A stretch of DNA of 64,000 nt from Yuukianura sp. NJ FZ-2021. Lineage: Eukaryota. How positions within the stretch are numbered: the first letter of the stretch is position 1; each line of letters begins with the position of its first letter. The stretch is taken from positions 2,108,001 to 2,172,000 of the forward strand of contig CM102286.1 of the NCBI GenBank assembly GCA_046563655.1, written 5' to 3'. Positions 54,414 to 64,000 of this stretch are shown here, piece by piece. A model generated the notes under the pieces. It searched no databases. It saw only the letters and a program-made list of their open reading frames with translations, and was not told where the DNA came from. Both the position numbers and the translations under genes were made by a program.

Positions 54414-57023
54414 ATGGTAAATCGGGAAGCTTACTATTTTTAGCTGTGTTAAGGTTATGTACCTGTAGTATTTATATGCAACCGAAAACTTGACCTCTTC
54501 AGTCTCAGCACGAGAGGTGTTTGCAATTAAATTTTTAGTTAATCCACTCTACTCTTAGGTATAATTAATTAAATACGTTAAGTAACGCTAAGGTGTACGA
54601 AGAACGAATAAGTCTACTACGGTTTCGGGTCAATCAGCCCTAAAGCAATAAAACATTACATATCAAATACTAGTCACCAAATGCCTAAATTAATTCAAAG
54701 CAACTAATTACCTGTAATTCATCAATAATTACGACTACCTTAACTTAATTACTGCAATTACTGTATGTAATTATCTGAGGAATGTAATTGCATGCCCATG
54801 TACTAGGGTGATGGTGATTCGGTACATGAGGTAGGAGCCGATACACTAACAGAAAAAATTAATTTGACAAGCGAAAGTGAAGTGGGGTGAGTAATTGAGT
54901 AATAAAATAAGTTAATTGATTAAGTTTAGAAGATTAGACTTTGTTATTTTTCAATTAACTTAACAATGAATAGCTCAATTCTTAACTCACCTCCACCATC
55001 GATATCACGGACGTCAGAACCGTCAATTGCTGGAGCCAATGTTATCGTCAACGAAGATGGGACGACCAGAGTTCAGCAACGCCCTTCAAGACGACCCCGG
55101 AATATAGACAGGCCACGAGCGACATCAGCACCAGCAGCGGAGTCTTCCCCAGCGCCATCCCGGCCGTCGACTACTGCAGAAGAAGAAGAAGAGGAATTCG
55201 AGCTCAAATATGGAGCCAAACATGTCATCAAATTGTTTGCTCCAGTTAGCCTCTGCATGCTTGTCGTCGTTGCAACGATTTCGTCAGTGACATACTACAC
55301 TAGGAAGGATGGATATCTGTAAGAAAACGTTTACATTCTCTCGTGCAAATAGTACTATCTATGCTACCTATACTACAAGTGTTAATTCACAATTGTTTGA
55401 TTTCTTACAGGCTGTATACTCCGTTCCATGAAGAAAGTCCGGACACAGGAACGAAAGTTTGGAATGCGGTGGCCAATTCGCTCATTCTGATATGTGTAAT
55501 CATTGTGATGACGATCATCTTAATTATTTTGTACAAGAAAAGATTTTACAAGGTTTGTTACACGTTGTCTTATGCATATTGGTTGATTTGTATCTTCTTG
55601 AAGATAATTTTGGTACGATTTGTTTTCAGGTAATCCATGGCTGGCTGATTCTTTCCTCCTTGATGTTGCTCTTCCTGTTTTCTTACTTGTATCTCAAGTA
55701 AGTACTTCGTCAGCTCTCAGTTAAAACTTTAAAATCCATTTGTAAGTTTAACAAAATGCAAAATGGTTTTGTTTTCAGGGAGGTACTGGAAGCGTATAAT
55801 GTGCCAATGGACTACATAACAGTTGCCATTGCGATGTGGAACTTTGGAGTCGTTGGGATGATCTCAATTCATTGGCAAGGACCCCTCATTCTACAACAGG
55901 CGTACTTGATATTCATATCCGCCCTTATGGCTCTTGTATTCATCAAATACTTGCCGGAATGGACAACCTGGGCTGTGCTTGCTGTCATTTCCATTTGGGG
56001 TAGGTTTGAACATGGGGTACTTTGCGATATTGGCACTCGTAGTGAATCTGAAATTAATTTCCTGTTATTCTTGCAGATTTGGTCGCTGTTCTGACACCGC
56101 GTGGCCCGTTGAGGATTCTTGTAGAAACAGCACAGGAAAGAAACGAACAGATCTTTCCAGCACTCATTTATTCCTGTAAGCATTTTCGATTTTTTCAACA
56201 CAACAGTGCCGTAATCATATTGCTATTTCGTCTGATATTTTAGCAACTGTGATGTACGGTGTCGTAACAACTACTACCACGGTCGCGGCCGCCGATGAGA
56301 ACAACGATACACCAACTAAACCCATTCGAAAACGAAACTCGGGAGTACCGGAAAACAGCGGAACAAATAACTCACAACAATCTTCAACACGCCCAGTGTC
56401 ACAAAATCCTGCAGATTCAACTGGTGGGTTTACTCAAGAATGGCGTGAAGAAATGGAACCCCGGGCAGCACGAAGAGCTCAGCAAGTGTCTGCCACAGCG
56501 TCACAAAATCCATCGACAGCTCGTCGTGTTGAAGAACCATCACAACCCCGTCCAGAAGAGGAAGAAGAACGTACGCACCAGTTACATCAATTCTGTCTTA
56601 TATGAAGTTAATTAACAAATCTTGAGTTAACTAACGATTGATAACGTATTGCTTCCAGGCGGTGTGAAATTGGGATTAGGAGACTTCATCTTCTACAGTG
56701 TTCTAGTGGGTAAAGCGTCATCATACGGAGACTGGAATACAACTCTGGCATGTTTCGTCGCCATCTTGATTGTAAGTTAATTACTAACATTAATTAAATT
56801 AACTTAAGTAACATTATCATTCAATTTACAACAACTTACATTTCAACTAACATCTGTTTCCATTTAGGGACTCTGTCTGACACTCTTGCTACTGGCAATA
56901 TTCAAGAAAGCACTTCCAGCACTCCCAATCTCCATTGCATTCGGACTAACTTTCTACTTTACAACTAGAAGTATCGTCACACCATTCACAGACTTACTGG
57001 CAAGTGAGCAAGTATTTATATGA
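54414..57023 (+). CDS. PSEN: Presenilin (gamma-secretase catalytic subunit)
   Basis: [40 protein letters not shown] and [19 protein letters not shown] aspartates, PALP; start exon (ATG 54414 then GT) tentative. Confidence 0.97.
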
Positions 57024-57264
57024 TGAACAGTTATACTTGATTCTATTCTAACTGAAAACTGTAAGGACTTTCCCATTTGTTATTTTTATGATTAATTTAT
57101 TAATTTGTACCACTAACTCATCAATTACTAAGCAAACTTAATGACAACTATAATTCAGATCGTATAAAAATTAGCCTAAGATGAAGTAATATATGTTTAC
57201 ACTCGCTTTTTCTCATTTGTAAAAAAAGTAAATTTTTAACTTACCGGTTTAACTTTCAATCACT

Positions 57265-59607
57265 TCACCAAGAGAATCCAGGCATCGGCAACTGCTTGAA
57301 ACTGGAAACTCTTGGTGCCTTTTTGACCATGTTGTTAAATTGCTTCTGGCGCAAAACTCGTCTCAAGCCAGGAATACTAAAGTCGTACTGGACCAGTTTC
57401 TGTTTTCAAAGTACAAATACGTAGCTTATCAATCTTAAAGTTTTTTTAAGCCAGTTTTGTAGCCTTTTACCTTTTTCTGTTTTTCAATGTCTTCCGAGTC
57501 TTCTGGAAAGTACTGCAGAAGGAATTGAAGGAACAGGTCAGCCAAAACTCCATTGTGAAAATGCTTGTCACAAATTTTGAGAAACGTAGTTTTTGCTGCT
57601 TCTTTGCCAAAGAGTGAAATAGTGAGGTCAATCATCGGTTCAATAAATATGGTCGAATCATTTTCAAAAGCATCTCCTCTCGCCTCCAGCATTTGAAAAA
57701 ATGTGAGCACAAACTTCCCATGTTCATAAAGCTCAGTCATGTCTCCCTCTGTAAAAATTTAAAAATATGATGCATTTTTAATTACTTGCTTCATTTTATT
57801 TCAGAAACATTTCCACAATCTTAATTTTAGAGAGTTACCGAACTCATTTGCTGTGTACAGCCGACAGTTGTACTTGTAAGTTGCGTACTCCTTGACGGCA
57901 GTAAAAAGTTCCGAAACAAACTTGATTGCGCTCATTCGCTGATTGGAGGGTGTGGTATATCTTTCAGACATCCAAGGATTGGCAGTATTCAGTCGTTCCT
58001 CCATCCCCTGTCAAGCATAATTTCAGCGTTAACGCTTCACTTCATTCAGCACATAACTTGACAACACAAATTGTTGAATGTTGAGTAAAAAAGTACGTGA
58101 AGAATGTTGACTCCTTCCAAGAAAGCACCTTTCTGCGTAAACCACGTCGCCAGGTCAATCCCAATTCTGCTCGGATGTGCCCCCAACGTGTTCCTTGCCA
58201 TTCTAAAAACCAAGTCACAATTTGTCCAGAAAGTTCAAGAAATGTGTAATGTGTGGCAGTATTCGTAACATAACCGCTGATCAGTTAACTTACGTGACAA
58301 ACGTTTTCAGGATGCTGAGGTCATCCTTGTAAATATTCGCAAGTGTCAATAGTCCACTCTAAAACAAAATACCAATATGTGAAAGTATGATGTTTTATCG
58401 TTTAGCAGAACTTTGTTAGACTTGATTACATTCCAGAACGACAGTTTACTAATAGTTGAGTAATTGAAGTGATACTGCCTGTGGTCCATGATCAATTCAC
58501 AAGCTTTGGCAGCCAGAGCCCAGTCATGAGTAAAAATTGCACGACGGAGAGTAACGCAGGAAACTTTGTACATCGAAGCCTTGCTATCCGATCTTTCTGA
58601 AATTACAAACAAAATGTTGCTGCGGTTTAAGCAATATTATGTTAGTTCATCGTTGATTTCTTTACTTCGCTGGTCGAACTCTGCCATTCGCATGTTGATT
58701 ATGACCTCGTAAAATTCTGGAGAGAAAGCCATCTCTTTGATTCTCCTCTACAAAAATGAAAAAAAATCGATCAAAAAAGAACTTTTGATGTTTCAAAATT
58801 CAGTTCTGTACTTTTAGGAAACTTACTTTCATCGCTCTTTCTGGAGGTAGTTTCACTTCTTTTGACTCAATACACCACGCATTCTCACGTCTTTCCACGA
58901 TCGCTTCTCCCAGCTTTCTATGGTATTGCTGAAAATGTTTCATGGTTACGTGTCTGCAGCGATTCTTTTTATGTGCCGCTTCATACGGAGTCTCAAATGG
59001 AGCCTTGATACCCGCTTCTGTATTCAGCACACTAAAATTCAAAAATACCCGCCATTTTTAGATCAAATAGAAAAACAAAACAAAACTTTTGTGTTAAAAA
59101 CTCATACTCTGTCAGATCTCCTGGATCAGTGAAAATCATTGCGTCTGGGTACAGTTTTTTCCTCTTATTTTCAAAATTTTGGCGCTGTTCTTCTTCAGTC
59201 GGAAACTCGTCGTTGACAATTAGACGTGGCAGTTCTTCCAGAATTCCTTCCTTTGGTATGACAAGTGGTGGCGGAGGGATAGACGCTGGAAACTTTTGTT
59301 TCAACGTAGGAATTCCAGCAGCATCTTTCAGTTTCTGAATTTCTCTGAACCAGCTACACTCAGAACTGCCTGGCAGTCCTTTTCTTTTTGCTTGTCTCGA
59401 CAGGTAGCTCAGATTCAACAGTTTTCGAATTTGAATTTTTCGTCTCATGTGATCCAAGTTTGGAATTTTTGTATGAACAAATCTACGGGTTCCATCAGAT
59501 TCAGTACCGACGAAGTCCCCAACGTAGTTGTACTTGTGCCGAAGGTCAGATGCTGGCTCAGCATTTCCCCAGAAACGCAGTTTTTCTTTCTCAACCAACG
59601 CTCTCAT
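57265..59607 (-). CDS. Uncharacterized multi-exon helical protein, weakly TAF1A (TAFI48)-like
   Basis: Consistent exon chain of ORFs 59032-59607, 58800-59042, 58346-58612, 57801-58004, 57435-57740; LRRAIFTHDWALAA loosely recalls the TAF1A N-terminal helix; identity uncertain. Confidence 0.5.
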
Positions 59608-59690
59608 GTTGTATTCCGCTTCATCCTCGTCTTTTTGTCTGAAAATATAACAAGAAAAATTAATAAGTATTAATTAATTAATAAATTTTA

Positions 59691-59704
59691 GTTGTTATGG
59701 CGAC
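59691..59704. promoter_or_regulatory. RFX X-box upstream of Flattop
   Basis: GTTGTTATGGCGAC fits GYTRYY-N2-RRHRAC, ~200 bp upstream of the ATG. Confidence 0.55.
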
Positions 59705-59901
59705 TCTAAATGGATGTTGATTCTATCTATTGACTTTGTTTTTTGAAATTGTTCTGCACTTCGAGTTCGATCGTCGTCAGTCACTCTTTGGAGCAAGGCC
59801 AGGCAGCATCCCTGTTTTTGTAGTTTCGATTTCTTCGGTTACTTTTCGATTTCTAGCTTTTTGTAAGGATTAATCGACCTTGAATTTTGTAATACACCGC
59901 C

Positions 59902-60426
59902 ATGTCTTCATACTACCACGCAGGACAAGTAAGTTAACCGCCCGTGACCAAATACTTGCAAGTATCGAAAAGTACTGACAACATTTTTTGTGTTTCCAGT
60001 ACAACGAACCTTTCAAGCCAACGAATTTGCGGAACTGGCGCTTTGGAGCTCAGTCTTACCCTGGTCGGATTGCCCAGTTTTCATGCAAGCCACGCTGCCC
60101 AACTCGGTTCATTGCCTGTGACAATGGTCACATGTACCACAACATTCCTCGGAACGCATGGTAAGGTCACTTAACTTACAGCAGTACAAAAATACTTGCC
60201 AAGTATCACTTAAAAATTGTACTTTTGAATTTGTAGCTCCTCCCCTTGGGGTGACTACCGCGCTTGGGTCTGGGAAGAAAAGATTCCGTGTGCCTGCGTC
60301 GACCGTCTGCGCAACCCACAACTCTACACGAAACCACGTAACTCCATCTTTGTCACCACTGAAATGCCTTGTCCAGAAGCAGAAGCTCGCTACGTCTGCG
60401 ATATCTTCAATGCTCCAGGAAACTAA
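59902..60426 (+). CDS. CFAP126: Protein Flattop (cilia- and flagella-associated protein 126)
   Basis: Exons 59902-59928, 60000-60160, 60237-60426 give MSSYYHAGQYNEPFKPTNLRNW..TRFIACDNGHMYHNIPRNACSSPWGDY.. matching the Flattop Q-Y..F...L-NW / ND-GH / SPWG pattern; not in the ORF track. Confidence 0.85.
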
Positions 60427-60881
60427 ATCTCAAAAAGTCTAAAAACTATCACACCAAACCCATTTTTTGTCAAATTCCGTCAAAATTCAAAATTAATTGA
60501 AAATTAGTCAGGCAATACCAAAATTCACTGTTTCTTTTACCTTGAACTGAAATAAAATCCTGGAGCATTGAAGACTGGCGATGTGCGTAAACTTATTTAA
60601 AATGGAACTAACTTTTTAAATTAATTGATTAATTAATTATTTTTAAATTAATTTTTAACAATTTCGGGTCAAAGTAGGGATTAACGGCTGTTGTTGTAGC
60701 CGCACAGTGTTGCCACTCCCGAAATCTTTGGTTACATCTGGTAGCAACGTTCGTGGCTACACCTGGGTGGCAACGTTTGTAGCCACTTTACGGCTATGGT
60801 TACAATGACGGTCGTTAAACCTTACTCCAACCCAAAATTTTAAATCTGAAGTTATTTTAACTTTCTGGCTTAAAATTTTAG

Positions 60882-63104
60882 AAAAGAAAACGATACTGCC
60901 AAGATTTTTTAAGAAGAAACGCAAGAAGGATCCATCCGCAGCATCACTCTCACCCAATCGAATTCCAGACAAAAAATGCGACCACATTTTGGAATTTCTC
61001 AAAAAATTGAAGCTACCGATCATTTGGGTCCTGGGCTTCCCAACAACAAAAATCGAAGACCTTCGATCCACATTCTGTCGCAGCTTTGCTGAAGAGCACA
61101 AATACGCCTACATTGACCTGGATGACTTCATTCCACGGTGGAAGGAACGTCAAGCGCCAAAATTCAAAAATACTGGCAAAATACCACCTGAAATTGACGT
61201 TTCCGTTGAGCCGTCAATTCCAATACCGTATTCAACGCCAACCGATCCTCACCATCAAGAAACCGAAGTGCCAGCGCCACCTCCTCAACTTCTACCAGAA
61301 GATTACCCTCGGATCGCCTTTAATCCCGAAGAGAAACTCACCTTGACACAAATTCTAGACCTTCTGAAATTTGCCATGGTCGAGAGTCTTCCAGCCAAGG
61401 GGTTCGTCATAGCCGACTTCCCACTGGACATTGCCGATGCATCGGAGTTTGACAAAACCTTTTACCCAGCAACACTGGGACTATGTTTCACCGAATCTTT
61501 TAGCCGCAACCTAGAAACTGGAAGGCCAATGGGACCACTGCGGCGAAACGTTTGCTTACCCAACAATTACCGAAGAAAAAAGAGCTACAGTTACGCCAGA
61601 GGTCAAATGGTCGTTGAAGTCAATGGAAACAGAATCATTTCTATTATGAACACTGAAACGATTACCAATACGACCCTGAATTTACTCAACACCTTACTGG
61701 ATTCTCATATGGCCCAGTATCGTCGAAATACTGCCAGTACAGCAGTATCTCTTCAACGTGATCTGGAGAACATCATTCGACAGAGCTCGTCAAGACCAAT
61801 TGGATCTCGCGGGATTATCCGCATCGGGACACCAAATGAATTTCTGGAATCACGAAGAGCCACTACACCTTGCTACAGCAGTAGTTTTGGAGTAGGGTAC
61901 ACCACGGCCAAAACGTATTCGACATTTGATGACTATTCAAGCACACCGAGACATACTACGAAATACACACCATTTGGAACTACAACGGACGTTCCAAGCA
62001 CGTTTTACACCCAGGAATCAGAATCAGCCTGCTCAGATGACGAGGATACTGGAAGAATTGTTGTCATGGATACGGACGAATTACCGGAGAGTGAGATCGG
62101 TACATCGGAGAATGAAACGCGGGAAACCGAAACACCTTCGGCTTTTAGCGGTGAACAGGGAGAACTGGTACCAAGAATCAAAAAACGTCGCACTCGTAAG
62201 CAGAAAAGAGTCAAAAGCTATTGGGAGTTAATGTGATGACTAAAATTTTCAAATTTTCAACTGAAATTTTCAAAATTTTAGGATTTACGAAACTACATGA
62301 CGTGGAACTCAAAACGGAAGATGAGGATATGGCCGGTGGGGACGAAAATGTGTCAACGGCGACATCACTTCTGGTTGATGACGAACGACGTGCTACCGTC
62401 AGTAGCGACACTATGGTAGATCATGTCAGTTTTGAAGAACTGTTGGATTCTGAGGACGATACAAGTCAAAAAATTGCAACTGACTCTGATTGGTCCGTTC
62501 CGTCGGAGTGCCTTAACTACTACTCAGATGACTGGGAAGATGAAGACTCTGAATCTGACATTGAAGTTGTACCAAGTTCGGAAGAATCAGACATGGAAAA
62601 CAAAAGTACTTCTGATCATAACGTGATCATAACTGAACTGGACGTTCCAGTATTAACGGATGACAGTGGAACTGAAACGGACAACTTTGAGGGAGGAGCA
62701 GACGACGAATCGAGCAGTACTGACGATCGATGTTACAGCCCGGATCCTCGTCTGGAAAAATTGATGACCGCGGCAAAAAGTAAGCAACTTGGGCTTCATG
62801 TGAGATGTTTCGATGTGATTTTACGTTTTCGTTTCCAGTAAGTGTCCAGTCGTCGTCAAATGAAAGCATGGGCCTAGCCCGCAGGAACAGCCGTGGACGG
62901 AGTCGAATTCGTAGGAAAATTGTGACATGTCCAGCAACAAGTTTATCGCAGACGGTTCTTCCCATTTCAACCGAGCAAGTGGCAGCGTCTAAATCGCTTG
63001 AAATATGCAAGAATCTCCAGAATCTGAATCCCGACAACGTCAAGCAAGTTCAGTCTTCAATGGGATCTGGAGACGTTGTCCGGACTTGCTTAGATTCCAA
63101 TTAA
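60882..63104 (+). CDS. Adenylate-kinase-like protein with degenerate P-loop and long acidic C-terminal tail (start exon not identified)
   Basis: LKLPIIWVLG.P, YAYIDLDDFI, ILDLLKFAMVESLPAKGFVIADFP..ASEFDKTFYPATLGL follow the AK1 motif order; open frame from acceptor at 60881; later exons 62282-62778 and 62840-63104 tentative. Confidence 0.6.
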
Positions 63105-63261
63105 TCAACGTTATCATTGTTTTACAGCAACTTCAAAAATAGCAAACCAAGTATGAAAAGGTGACATAGAGCTAAATTGTGGTATTATCTGCTATGAATT
63201 ACAAAGAATGCTTGTAATATGTCATGGAAAACTATTTTGTAAGAAATACGACTCTACTCAC

Positions 63262-63437
63262 CTGCATAAACGTTTTTTACGACCTTCTTTCTTTTGTGCC
63301 TTTCGTTTAACAAAACGTTCCTCCATGATATGATACTCCGATCGAACTTTCTGTTGGTGGGTATAAGGTCGGCCGGCCTTCAAGGCTTCAACGTTCCTCT
63401 CAATAGCAATTATCGTTGTTGAGTTCCCTTCCGCCAT
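63262..63437 (-). CDS. Possible first coding exon of a small orphan gene
   Basis: AAAATGGCG start context, 58 open codons MAEGNSTTIIAIERNVEALKAGRP.. then CAG|GTGAGT donor; downstream exon unclear. Confidence 0.3.
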
Positions 63438-64000
63438 TTTATACTGTTGATCCTGATTTTCAGTCGCTCTTTGATCTAGTCAGTTATTGCTTCACTTCTT
63501 AGATTGATTCTGGAAGTTCAGAAAATACATGAATTAACATTGACAAACTTACGGGAAAAAAAACAACGCTGACTTTGAAAATTGGAATACAATTTTTAGA
63601 CAACAATGCGTTTGGACAGTAAAATTAAGTTCATTTCACGATTTTATGTGTTCTATGGCCGCTTTCCTCCTCATGTGCCTTCGTTCTGACGTCTGCTAAG
63701 CCTAAAGTCAAAGTTGAACTGTTAGGACATCTTTACTTCGTAACCCTGTTCGTTCGTTTTTCGTTTGTTCCAGAATTTGACGAAATTGAAATTCAGATTT
63801 CGAAAAGCAAAAAAGGAAAAACAAATGAAATGACAAAACAAACTTTTCAAAAAACACATGTTCGTGTTCGCGCAATTTCTTCCCGCTCCTTGTTTTCATT
63901 GAGTTGCACTTTTCTCAGAGCATCTTTTAAAACATCTTGTAACAATAGCGGTGCCAAATTTTTAAATCACGTGACATCTTTCTAAAAGCATCTGAAATTG

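Overview
Gene-dense, AT-rich eukaryotic (arthropod) genomic DNA with many short (~45-100 bp) spliceosomal introns. The compact architecture, a divergent ionotropic-receptor-like gene and an apparently foreign gene family suggest a springtail/basal hexapod (inference only). About 25 intron-containing genes could be assembled by hand: LYPLAL1, RRP15, DMAC1, TSSK, RTRAF, POLA2, DPP3, RAD51, a C2H2 zinc-finger gene, a divergent IR, SWT1, SPATA7, three tandem LURP-one-related (LOR) genes, TMED10, aftiphilin, ARL16, MED6, TIMM29, TMEM179, presenilin, a possible TAF1A-like gene, Flattop/CFAP126 (absent from the ORF track) and a P-loop-degenerate adenylate-kinase-like gene, plus several TA-flanked MITEs. 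Most notable: (1) a triplicated, intron-bearing LOR gene, a family typical of plants/oomycetes/fungi/bacteria, i.e. a horizontal-transfer candidate; (2) TIMM29 nested on the same strand inside MED6 intron 1, apparently sharing MED6's start exon, which becomes a uORF ending TAG-A-ATG at the TIMM29 start; (3) RFX X-boxes upstream of three cilium/sperm genes; (4) a POLA2 with no recognisable N-terminal domain and a ~7 kb intronic island with motif clusters and a hairpin-CTAG end. Gene identities come from recalled family motifs, not database searches; multi-exon coordinates span start to stop codon.
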